Origin: an uncultured Gammaproteobacteria bacterium | Lineage (GTDB): Bacteria; Pseudomonadota; Gammaproteobacteria; Steroidobacterales; Steroidobacteraceae | Assembly (NCBI GenBank): GCA_963707565.1 | Contig: CAVPQN010000002.1 | Span: 401,756 to 465,755, forward strand | DNA: 64,000 nucleotides | Direction: 5' to 3' | Part shown: piece after piece, positions 53,052-61,900 of the stretch | How positions within the stretch are numbered: the first letter of the stretch is position 1 | How the letters are laid out: every line of letters begins with the position of its first letter | Notes under the pieces: model-generated | What the model saw: only the letters and a program-made list of their open reading frames with translations | Databases searched by the model: none | Told to the model about the DNA's origin: nothing | Position numbers and translations under genes: made by a program

Positions 53052-53357
53052 TCAATCGTCGGGGCGGGAACGCCGGTCGCGGCCCAGGCGCCGCTCGCCG
53101 CTGGGCTTCTTGGGCGTGGAAAAACGGTCATTTTCCTCAGCGCGGCGGCCATCGCCTGCGCGGCGGTCTTCATGGTGGGCATAAACGCAGCTGCAGTGCC
53201 CGGGCTGCTGGCAGCCGTCCAGCGGCAGCTTAGGGGCATCTTTCGACAGCCAGCGCTTGTGCTTGAGTTCAAGGGCAGTCTTGCAGGCACCTTTTCCGGC
53301 CTTGACCGAAATAGCGTGCCACTTGCGACTACCTGGTGACCTGTCCTTGGTATGCAT
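53052..53357 (-). CDS. Hypothetical small Cys/His- and Arg-rich protein
   Basis: 101-aa ORF filling the gmk-rpoZ gap on the same strand. GC3-rich codons. No family recognised. Confidence 0.45.
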   Translation of the reverse strand: MHTKDRSPGSRKWHAISVKAGKGACKTALELKHKRWLSKDAPKLPLDGCQQPGHCSCVYAHHEDRRAGDGRRAEENDRFSTPKKPSGERRLGRDRRSRPDD

Positions 53358-53409
53358 CCGGAAATCCCTCCCGTGATGTGCGCATCCTAGCCAAAGTCCT
53401 GGCCCCGCG

Positions 53410-54042
53410 TCAGCTATCTCCTGCGGGCTTCAACAGCCCCTGGACGTGTTCCGCCAGACCGGCCCGGTCGCTGCGCGACTTGTCTCCCTGGCCGCAAAAT
53501 ACCGCCTCCAGGTCGGCCAGGGCCGCAGCAAAGTCCTGGTTAACCACGATGAAGTCAAACTCGCGCCAGTGGGTCATTTCCTTGACGGAATCGGCCAGGC
53601 GCCGGGCGATGGCGGCGTCGCTGTCAGTGCGGCGGCTGCGCAGGCGATTTTCCAGTTCAGCGCGCGACGGCGGCAGGATGAAAACATGAATAGCTTCGGG
53701 CAGGTGCTGGCGCACCTGGCGCGCACCCTGGATGTCGATTTCCAGGATCAGGTCGCGGCCCTGGTCCAGTGCCGCCTCCACCTGCCGGCGCTCGGTACCG
53801 TAAAGGTTACCGAAGACTTCGGCGTATTCGACAAAGGCGCCGGCATCGACGCGGCGCTGGAATTCCTCGCGGCTGACGAAGAAGTAGTCGTGTCCGTCGA
53901 CCTCGCCACTGCGCGGCGCACGGGTGGTGCAGGAAACAGAGAAGGACAGCCTGGGCAGGCGCTGCATCAGCGCCCGCATCAGGCTGGTCTTGCCGGCGCC
54001 GGAGGGCGCCGCGACGACGAACAAGTGGCCGCGACCAGTCAT
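53410..54042 (-). CDS. gmk: Guanylate kinase
   Basis: P-loop APSGAGKTSL. Start at ATG 54042. Confidence 0.95.
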   Translation of the reverse strand: MTGRGHLFVVAAPSGAGKTSLMRALMQRLPRLSFSVSCTTRAPRSGEVDGHDYFFVSREEFQRRVDAGAFVEYAEVFGNLYGTERRQVEAALDQGRDLILEIDIQGARQVRQHLPEAIHVFILPPSRAELENRLRSRRTDSDAAIARRLADSVKEMTHWREFDFIVVNQDFAAALADLEAVFCGQGDKSRSDRAGLAEHVQGLLKPAGDS

Positions 54043-54095
54043 AGGAGTCCGTTGGGAGTGTCGTCGCAGACTACCATGCCGCACAATTTCACCAA

Positions 54096-54737
54096 ATGCA
54101 GCAAGCCCGCGCACTGACACGAGACACGCTGGTCGCGGCCGCGAAAACATTGGCGCGACGTGACCCGGACCTGGCCGATTTGCTGGGTCGCCATGGCGTG
54201 CCGCCGATGTGGGGGCGGCGGCCGGGCTTTGCCTGTCTGGTGCAGATCATTCTTGAGCAGCAGGTGTCACTGGTCGCTGCGCGGACGCTGTACCTGAGGC
54301 TGGTACGCGTTGCAGGCAGCGTGACGCCCGAGGCGATCCTGCAACTGGGTGAGGATGGCCTGCGCAATGCCGGGCTGACACGGCAAAAGGCTTCTTACTG
54401 TGTCGGCCTGGCGCAGAAGTTGTTGCGGCAGGAAATTGACCTCAGCGCGATTGCAGGCGGCGAAGATGGGGCCGGGCGAGAACAACTGCTGGCGGTACCC
54501 GGGCTGGGTCCGTGGACCGTGGATGTCTACTACCTGATGGCCCTGCGCCGGCCCGATGTCTGGCCGCAGGGCGATCTGGCGCTGGCCATCGCGCTCAAGC
54601 GCGCCAAGCGCCTGCGCGAGAGGCCCGATGCCACTCGCCAGCGAGCCATCACAAAAGCCTGGGCACCCTGGCGCTCGGTGGCGGCGCGGCTTCTCTGGCA
54701 GGCGTATCTTGCACATCGATCCGGCAACCCTATATAG
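54096..54737 (+). CDS. DNA-3-methyladenine glycosylase II family (AlkA-like, HhH-GPD)
   Basis: HhH block LLAVPGLGPWTVDVYYLMAL followed by WPQGDLAL (catalytic Asp). Confidence 0.75.
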   Translation: MQQARALTRDTLVAAAKTLARRDPDLADLLGRHGVPPMWGRRPGFACLVQIILEQQVSLVAARTLYLRLVRVAGSVTPEAILQLGEDGLRNAGLTRQKASYCVGLAQKLLRQEIDLSAIAGGEDGAGREQLLAVPGLGPWTVDVYYLMALRRPDVWPQGDLALAIALKRAKRLRERPDATRQRAITKAWAPWRSVAARLLWQAYLAHRSGNPI

Positions 54738-54818
54738 GCGAAGCGATTTCCCTTCGCCCGACCCGCTTTGGTTATTGTATCGGCGCTGGTCGTGGCAGCT
54801 TGCGGAAGGATGGTGATC

Positions 54819-56144
54819 ATGACTCGGGTATTTCATCGCAGTCCGGCCGATGTGCTGCCTACTGCCGCAAGCGGGAAGGGCGCCTACCTGTATGACACGT
54901 CGGGCAAGCAGTACCTTGATGCCTCGGGTGGCGCGGCCATCTCGATACTCGGGCACGGTCATCCGCGCGTGCTGGCGGCCATCCACCAGCAGGCCGATGC
55001 GCTGGCTTTCGCCCACACCTCGTTCTTCACCAACGCGCCAGCAGAAAGCCTGGCTGAATCGCTGATAGAGGGCGCGCCGGCCGGGCTTTCGCAGGTGTAC
55101 TTCCTGTCGGGTGGATCCGAGGCCACCGAAGCGGCACTGAAGCTGGCGCGACAGTTTCACGTTGCCTCCGGCGAGCCCCAGCGCGACATCTTCATCCATC
55201 GCCGCCAGAGTTATCACGGCAACACCCTGGGCGCGCTGTCGGTCAGCGGCAACCACAAGCGCCGCGAAATCTACGAGCCGCTGCTGCTTGCTACGCGTGC
55301 CATCGCGCCCTGCTATGCCTATCGCCACCAGGCCGCCGGCGAATCGGTCGAGGATTACGCCGAGCGCAGCGCCGCCGAGCTTGAGGCCGAGATCCAGCGC
55401 GCCGGCCCCGATCGTGTTGCCGCCTTCATTGCGGAACCGGTGGTGGGCGCAACGCTGGGCGCGGTTGCAGCCGTGCCAGGATATTTCGAGCGCATCCAGG
55501 CGACCTGCCGTCGCCATGGCGTGTTGCTGATTGCCGATGAGGTGATGTGCGGCATGGGCCGCACCGGCAGCCGCTATGCCTCGAGCAAGTTCGGTATCGA
55601 GCCCGACCTGGTGACGGTGGCCAAGGGTCTCGCCGGGGGCTATCAGCCGCTCGGCGCGCTCATCGTGCATCGCCGTGTCTATGAACGAGTCACCGCTGGC
55701 AACGGGCACTTCGTGCATGGGCACACCTACTCCGGGCACGCATTGGCCTGTGCGGCGGGGTTGGCCGTGCAGCGCGTGCTGAAAGAAGAGGCACTGATCG
55801 AGCGAGTACCGGCACTGGGTGAGCAGGTGATGGCGGCGCTGGCGGACGCGTTGGGCCAGCATCCCCACGTGGGCGACATACGCGGCATGGGTGTGCTGAT
55901 CGGCGTCGAGCTGGTGGAATCACGCGAGACCCGCCAGCCCTTCCCGGCGGCGCGCGGCCTGGCGCGCGCAATCAAGTCCACTGCCATGGCGGAAGGGCTG
56001 ATCTGCTATCCGGGCTCCGGTACTGCGGATGGGGTCAATGGGGACCATGTATTGATCGCGCCGCCGTACAACTGGACCAGCAATGAGGTTGCCGAGTTGG
56101 CCGACAAGCTGGGCCGTACGCTGCGCCAGGTGTTGAGTGCCTGA
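54819..56144 (+). CDS. Class-III (omega) aminotransferase family protein
   Basis: PLP-lysine block DLVTVAKGLAGGY, and IADEVMCGMGRTG. The ATG at 54819 is preceded by GAAGGA at 8-nt spacing. Confidence 0.9.
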   Translation: MTRVFHRSPADVLPTAASGKGAYLYDTSGKQYLDASGGAAISILGHGHPRVLAAIHQQADALAFAHTSFFTNAPAESLAESLIEGAPAGLSQVYFLSGGSEATEAALKLARQFHVASGEPQRDIFIHRRQSYHGNTLGALSVSGNHKRREIYEPLLLATRAIAPCYAYRHQAAGESVEDYAERSAAELEAEIQRAGPDRVAAFIAEPVVGATLGAVAAVPGYFERIQATCRRHGVLLIADEVMCGMGRTGSRYASSKFGIEPDLVTVAKGLAGGYQPLGALIVHRRVYERVTAGNGHFVHGHTYSGHALACAAGLAVQRVLKEEALIERVPALGEQVMAALADALGQHPHVGDIRGMGVLIGVELVESRETRQPFPAARGLARAIKSTAMAEGLICYPGSGTADGVNGDHVLIAPPYNWTSNEVAELADKLGRTLRQVLSA

Positions 56145-56976
56145 CGCCAGGCTGATCATCGGCGTAGCGCCCAACGGCGCCCGACTGGGGCGCGACGATC
56201 ATCCCGCCCTGCCAATCACGGCCGCAGAGCTTGCGGTCTGCGCGCTGGACGTGGCCGCGGCAGGCGCCGCGCTCCTGCACCTTCACGTACGCGACGCCGC
56301 CGGCCAGCACAGCCTTGACGTCGGGCGTTACCGGGAGACCCTGGCCGCGATTCGAGAAGTGACTGGCGATCGCCTGATCCTGCAAGTGACCACGGAAGCG
56401 GCGGGCCAGTACAGTGCAGCCCAGCAGCGCGACATGGTGGAGACACTGCAGCCGGAGGCGGTATCGCTGGCCTTGGCGGAGTTGTGTCCTGACGAGGCCG
56501 CCGAGCCTGAGGCGCGCGCGTTTTTTTGTGGCCTGGCCCGCGCCGGCATCCTGATGCAGTTCATCTTGTATTCACCCGAGGAGTTGCTGCGCTTCGAGCG
56601 CCTGCGCCAGCAGGGGTTCTTCGGTGTGGAGCATCCATTCGTCTTGCTGGTGCTGGGACGCAAGGACAAGTCGAGCGCGGCCATGGGGCAGCAGATGAAG
56701 GCCTATCGTGAGGTGCTGCCACGCAGATCTTTTCCCTGGGCGGTGTGTGCCTTCGGCCGTGACGAGCTGGCGATGGCCATGGAGGCGGCGCGCCTGGGCG
56801 GGCATGCGCGTGTGGGTTTTGAGAACAATTGCCTGCTCGCTGACGGATCCGTGGCGGCAGACAACGCGGCGCTGGTGCGGCAACTGGTTGGGGCATTGCC
56901 CGCTACGGGTAGGCGACCGGCGGGTGCTGCGGAAGCCCGGCAGCTGCTATCCGGTATTGAACGGACCCTGGCCTAG
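56137..56976 (+). CDS. Beta-keto acid cleavage enzyme (BKACE / DUF849, 3-keto-5-aminohexanoate cleavage-like)
   Basis: N-terminal block IIGVAPNGAR...HPALPIT..E....A...GAALLHLHVRD. The GTG start overlaps the aminotransferase stop by 8 nt. Confidence 0.75.
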   Translation: MPDARLIIGVAPNGARLGRDDHPALPITAAELAVCALDVAAAGAALLHLHVRDAAGQHSLDVGRYRETLAAIREVTGDRLILQVTTEAAGQYSAAQQRDMVETLQPEAVSLALAELCPDEAAEPEARAFFCGLARAGILMQFILYSPEELLRFERLRQQGFFGVEHPFVLLVLGRKDKSSAAMGQQMKAYREVLPRRSFPWAVCAFGRDELAMAMEAARLGGHARVGFENNCLLADGSVAADNAALVRQLVGALPATGRRPAGAAEARQLLSGIERTLA

Positions 56977-57063
56977 ACCCGAGCCGGGCGACCGATGGCA
57001 TGCGCGCCGATTAGTCGTGGCACTGCCGTTATTTTCATTGCGTGTTGTCAAAATGTGCGGAAG

Positions 57064-57079
57064 TGTGATTATTGTCACG
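57064..57079. promoter_or_regulatory. CRP/Clp-type palindrome TGTGA-TTATTG-TCACG
   Basis: 9 of 10 match to TGTGA-N6-TCACA, in the AT-richer leader 127 nt upstream of the first DUF11 gene. It overlaps a possible TTGTCA-N16-GATTAT promoter (57045..57072). Confidence 0.4.
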
Positions 57080-57205
57080 TCGGGAATGCTCAGGACTCCC
57101 TCAGGATTCGTAGGGGCTTTGCACCCGATTAGTCTTTTGGATTAGGCATCACTAGTCCAAGCGATCAGGAGTACACGCCCGATGTCAGGGAAAGAGGGAC
57201 GGCAC

Positions 57206-57682
57206 ATGAAGATGAGTTTACGGGTCCTGTTGGCCAGCGCCCTGCTGGTGCTGGGCACCGCCCATGCTGCAGGCGGCCTGCAGCTGAGCAACCAGGTCTT
57301 CCAGGAAATCGAGGTCATCGGCGCGGACGGCAAGCCCGAACGCAAGAGAATTCCCGCCGCCACCATCGTGCCCGGGACCGAGGTGTTCTACGTGATCACC
57401 TACCGCAACACGGGCGACCAGCCCGCCGACAACGTTGCCATCACCAATCCGGTGCCAACCGAACTTGAATTCGTGGGAGTGCAGGGACCCGGGCCCACCA
57501 GCGAGGTTTCCGTAGATGGCGGGCAGTTGTTTGGCGCCCTGGCCGGCCTCTCGGTTACCGGTGTCGATGGCAAGTCACGTCAGGCGCAGACGCGAGACGT
57601 GACCCATGTGCGCTGGGTGCTCAACAACACCTTGCCGCCCGGTGCGGGCGGCGCAGTTTCGTTCAAGGCCCGGCTGAAGTAG
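57206..57682 (+). CDS. Secreted DUF11-fold protein (158 aa)
   Basis: Signal peptide MKMSLRVLLASALLVLGTAHA. DUF11 core VPGTEVFYVITYRNTGDQPADNVAITNPVPTELEFVG. SD-like GAGGGA lies 6 nt before the ATG. Confidence 0.8.
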   Translation: MKMSLRVLLASALLVLGTAHAAGGLQLSNQVFQEIEVIGADGKPERKRIPAATIVPGTEVFYVITYRNTGDQPADNVAITNPVPTELEFVGVQGPGPTSEVSVDGGQLFGALAGLSVTGVDGKSRQAQTRDVTHVRWVLNNTLPPGAGGAVSFKARLK

Positions 57683-57729
57683 CCGGCTGAGTTTTTGCAG
57701 AACCGACGCTTTTGCAAGGAGTGCGAGCA

Positions 57730-58830
57730 GTGAAATCCATATATCCAAGAGTCCTGGTAGCGATCCTGATGCTGGCAGGCGTACAGCAGGCGCAAGCCCT
57801 GGGTACGCTGCAAGGCACCAACGTTGCCAACACGGCCACCGTGAACTACACGGTCGGCGGTGTCCCCCAGCCGGGGGTGCCCAGCAATACGACGAACTTC
57901 CTGGTGGACCGGCGCATCAACCTGACAGTCGCGGAGGTGGGCGGTCTCGCCACCAACGTGATTCCAGGCGCGATTGACCGGGTCACTATGTTTACCGTGA
58001 CCAACACGACCAACGGCACCCAGGACTTTCGCCTGATCGCGACCAACGACGCCGCAGGCGCCGGCACGGCGTTTGGCAACACTGACAACTTCGACGGATC
58101 GAATATCCGCGTCTTTGTCGACAACGGCAACGGCATCTACGAGCCGGCGCTGGACACGGCAACGTTCATCGATGAGCTTGGCGCGGACCAGACCCGGACG
58201 GTGTTCGTCCTGATAGACATCCCGGTCACCCAGGTGAACGGCGACATCGCCGGCGTCACCCTGCAAGCGCGCGCGGCTAACGCCGGCGGCGCGAGTGTGC
58301 TGGGTGCCGATGCGACGCAGACTGCCGGTGCAGATACGCCGGGCGTGGTCGACACCGTATTCGGTGACGCCGCTGGCGCGCCGAACACCGCGGGCGACCT
58401 GGCGCGTGACGGCAGCCATAGTGATGACGACGAGTACGCCGTGGTTACGGCGGCGCTGACGGTCATCAAGAGCCAGGCCGTCATCAGCGACCCGTTCAAT
58501 GGCGCGGTCAACCCGAAGGCGATTCCCGGCGCGGTGATCGAGTATTGCATTGACATCAATAACACCGGCGCCACGCAGGCCGATGCCATCGTGATGACCG
58601 ATGCGATTCCCGCCAACACGACCTACCAGCCGGCCTCGATCCGGGTGGCGGCGGCTGGCGCAGGCACGACTTGCACCAGCGGCAGCGGCACGGCTGAGGA
58701 TGACGACGCTGCCGGTGTGGGCGATGCCGGCGACTTCAACGTGACGACGGCAGGCGCTGTCACGGTGCGCGGCGGCAACATTGCGGCGGCGACACGCTAC
58801 AAGGCCTTGTTCCGCGTCACCGTGAACTGA
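57730..58830 (+). CDS. Secreted DUF11-fold protein (366 aa), putative fibre/surface subunit
   Basis: GTG start 8 nt after AGGAG. Signal peptide VKSIYPRVLVAILMLAGVQQAQA. C-terminal DUF11 core AIPGAVIEYCIDINNTGATQADAIVMTDAIPANTTY. Confidence 0.8.
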   Translation: MKSIYPRVLVAILMLAGVQQAQALGTLQGTNVANTATVNYTVGGVPQPGVPSNTTNFLVDRRINLTVAEVGGLATNVIPGAIDRVTMFTVTNTTNGTQDFRLIATNDAAGAGTAFGNTDNFDGSNIRVFVDNGNGIYEPALDTATFIDELGADQTRTVFVLIDIPVTQVNGDIAGVTLQARAANAGGASVLGADATQTAGADTPGVVDTVFGDAAGAPNTAGDLARDGSHSDDDEYAVVTAALTVIKSQAVISDPFNGAVNPKAIPGAVIEYCIDINNTGATQADAIVMTDAIPANTTYQPASIRVAAAGAGTTCTSGSGTAEDDDAAGVGDAGDFNVTTAGAVTVRGGNIAAATRYKALFRVTVN

Positions 58831-58854
58831 CGCGGGACTTGCCGAGCAGAAGAC

Positions 58855-58888
58855 GTCCGCCGGGGTTGCAAGGCCTCGGCGGACTTTT
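58855..58888 (+). terminator. Rho-independent terminator-like hairpin between the 366-aa gene and the giant gene
   Basis: GTCCGCCG-N14-CGGCGGAC (8-bp perfect stem, extendable by G-T, G-C and G-C pairs) followed directly by TTTT. Confidence 0.6.
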
Positions 58889-58904
58889 GCTAACAGAAGA
58901 GCCG

Positions 58905-61900
58905 ATGCACGCGAGCAATGCTGGAAATCGATGGCTGGGCATTACGGCAACACTGTTGCTGGCGCTGGTCATCGCCCCGGCATCGGCAGTTACCATCAGC
59001 AATACGGCGACAGTTTCCTTCCTGGATGGCCCGACGCCGCGCAATATCACCAGCAACACCGTCACGCTGGAAACCATTCCGCCACCGGCGCCCGCCATTG
59101 TTGAATTCCTGCGCTTTGCCCCGGGGTCGCCGGGCAGCGTCGCCACACCGGCCGATGGCGGTTCCTGCCAGGACGGCATGGGAGCTTTCAGTCCACTACC
59201 GCCGGTAACGGATTCTGCCGGCGCCAACATCAATGTCGTGTCGGCGCCGATCTTCGATGCCGCCTCATTCCAGCTGGGCGAGGCCGTTTTCGTGCGCCTG
59301 ACCGACGCCAACCGCAACCTCGATCCCTTGCTGCGGGATTTCATCGACCTGCGCATCACCACCAGTACCGGCGATGAGGAAGTCCTGCGCCTGCAGGAAA
59401 CCGCGATCGATACCGGTATGTTTGTCACGGCCTTGCAGGGCGTTGCCATGCCGCCGGCGGCAACACGTTTTGATTGCCGCCTTTCGGTGGTCCAGGGCGC
59501 CAGCCTGCTGGTGGAGTACATCGACATCCTGTTTCCGGCCGACATGGCGCAGGACAGCGCCCTGGTCGATCCCTTCGGCGTCGTCTTTGATTCCTCCACC
59601 GGCGCACCGGTCAATGGCGTGACGGTAAACTTGCTGGATGCCTTGACCGGCCTGCCGGCGACGGTGTTCGGTGTCGACGGCAGCAGCAGTTATCCGTCGA
59701 CGGTTAGCAGCGGCGCAGTGGTGAGCGATGCCAGTGGCCGCAGCTACACCCAGCCACCGGGCGGCTTCCAGTTTCCGGTGGTGGCGCCGGGCACCTACAT
59801 CCTGCAAGTGACGCCGCCTGCCACCTATGGCGCGCCGTCCGTGGTAGCGCTGGTCGTGTTGCAGGCGCTGCTTGATCCGGCGGGCAATCCCTACGTGGTC
59901 GGTCAGGGCTCCTTCGGTGACGCCTTCGCGCGTCCGGCAGCGCCAGGCTTCCGCGTGGACATCCCGATTGACCCCGTGCAGACCGGCCTGCTGCTGCAAA
60001 AGCGCGCCTCCACGACGGAAGTCTCGGCCGGAGAATTCCTGCAATACCGGCTGACACTGCAGAACCTCAATACCGTTGGTGCAATCGTCAATGCCGAGAT
60101 CAGCGACACGCTGCCGCCGGGCTTGCGCTACCAGGCCGGCTCGCTGCGTATCGCCGGCCAGCCGGCAGCGGACCCCATCATCAGCGCCGATGGACAGGGT
60201 TTGACCATTGCCGTGGGCACCCTCGTCGGGGGTGGCGTGGTCGATGTCAGTTACGTTGTCCAGGTCAGCGCCGGCGCACACGCCGGCGACGCGATCAACC
60301 GTGCGACCGCCACCGCCAGTGGTGGGCTCGAGTCCAATGTGGCGGTGGCTGCGGTACGCATCCGTGAGCCATTCTTCAGCGGTCAGTTCACCATCATCGG
60401 CCGCGTGGTCGAGGGCGAGTGCAATACGCCCTGGCATGAACTGAAAGGCGTGCCGCAAGTGCGCATGCTGCTCGACGATGGCACCTACGTGCCCACTGAC
60501 CGCGATGGCCAGTTCCACTTTGAGGGCGTCCGGCCCGGCACGCACGTGGTGCAACTGGACCTCGACAGCCTACCCCCCGAGCTGGAGGTGACGCCGTGCC
60601 TCCAGAACAGTCGCTTTGCTGGGCGCTCGTTCTCGCAGTTCGTGGAAGCGCAGGGCGGCAGCCTGTGGCGCACCGACTTCTACCTGCGCCGGCGCGATGG
60701 CCAGGTCGGCATTCGCCTGCATAGCGCGCTGGTGGCAGAGGATGTGGGTGGCGCGTTGGCCTTCCGCATGGAACTGGATGGTGGCCGGGTTGCCGTGCAG
60801 AAACTGGCGGCCACCGCGCAGCTGCCGGAGGGCGTGAGTTTCACTCCGGGTAGCGCGCGTGTGGATGGTGTCGCAGTCGCTGATCCGGTGTTCGCGGATG
60901 GTTACCTTACCTTCCGTCTTGGCGATCCTGGCGCCCATTGGCGCCACGTCATTGAGTTTGGCGGCCGTGCGGCAGGTGCCGTCAGGCCTGGTGAGGTCCG
61001 TGAGCACACGCTGCGCGCGCAGTTCGACTCAGGCATGGCCAGCCTCAAGCCGGAAGGCGCGGTCGCAGTGAACGACCTCATCGCCACGCTGCAGGGCACA
61101 AGCATCAGGCGCATAGCCGTGGTGGGGCACACTGACCGCCAGTTGCTGACCGCCGCTCGCACAAAGATCTTCGCCGACAACATCGTGTTGTCGCAGGCGC
61201 GTGCCCAGACTGTGGCGCAAGCGCTGGCCAGGGGCCTTGGCATGTCGATGGAGCAGTTCAGCACCGACGGCAAGGGCCCGGGCGAGCCGCTGGTGGTCGA
61301 GGACACACCGGCGGACAGGGCCGTCAATCGCCGCGTTGACGTCATCGTCTTCAGTGAGGATGCTGAGACCATTGCGGGACTGGACTGCCCGACGGGGGGC
61401 TACTTGAGCAAGGCGGTGGCGAGCTTCGTCCTGGCGGACAAGGCGAGTGCGCGTACGCCGATGGCAGAAAGTGCGCTGGCCTGTGTGGCAGTGACGGAGC
61501 GCAGCGAGAGCGACAGCCATCGTCAGGCGACCACCGTGACCGGCGCGGGTGAGTTGCTTGACGCTGCAGCCACCACCCAGCAAGCACAAGTCCGGCGGCA
61601 GGCCATTGTCGGCAGCGCGCAAGCCGCCGGCGCCGAGACCAACTGGCTGGACCAGCAATCGCCGGGCATGGCGTGGCTGTTTCCTGCTGCTGGCCACAAT
61701 CCCCGCGCACCCACACAGCGCGTGGTGATCAAGCATGAGCCCGGCCAGACCGTGGCCCTGAAATACCGGGGCCAGGCGGTGGACCCGCTGAATTTTGATG
61801 GCACGCGAAGCGACGCAGCGCAAACCGTGGCCATCAGCAGCTGGCGTGGCCTGCCACTGCGCGATGGCGAAAACTATTTCACCGCCGAGGTGATGGACGC

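Noticed and set aside
54267-55868. 533-aa minus-strand ORF
   Set aside because: It is antisense to the AlkA-like and aminotransferase genes. The PLP-lysine and HhH motifs are on the plus strand.
57142-57366. 74-aa minus-strand ORF spanning the DUF11 operon leader
   Set aside because: It is antisense to the start of the 158-aa DUF11 gene, has no SD or motif, and is more likely non-coding leader.
58817-60554. Minus-strand ORFs of 265 aa (58817..59614) and 429 aa (59265..60554)
   Set aside because: They are antisense to the 5' part of the giant plus-strand gene, which there encodes the signal peptide and DUF11 core. Their composition is low-complexity and Arg-rich.
61394-61399. G6 run inside the giant gene, considered as a phase-variation tract
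   Set aside because: Six nucleotides is too short for efficient slippage and unremarkable in GC-rich DNA. Only the G8 tract at 11089 was kept as a finding.
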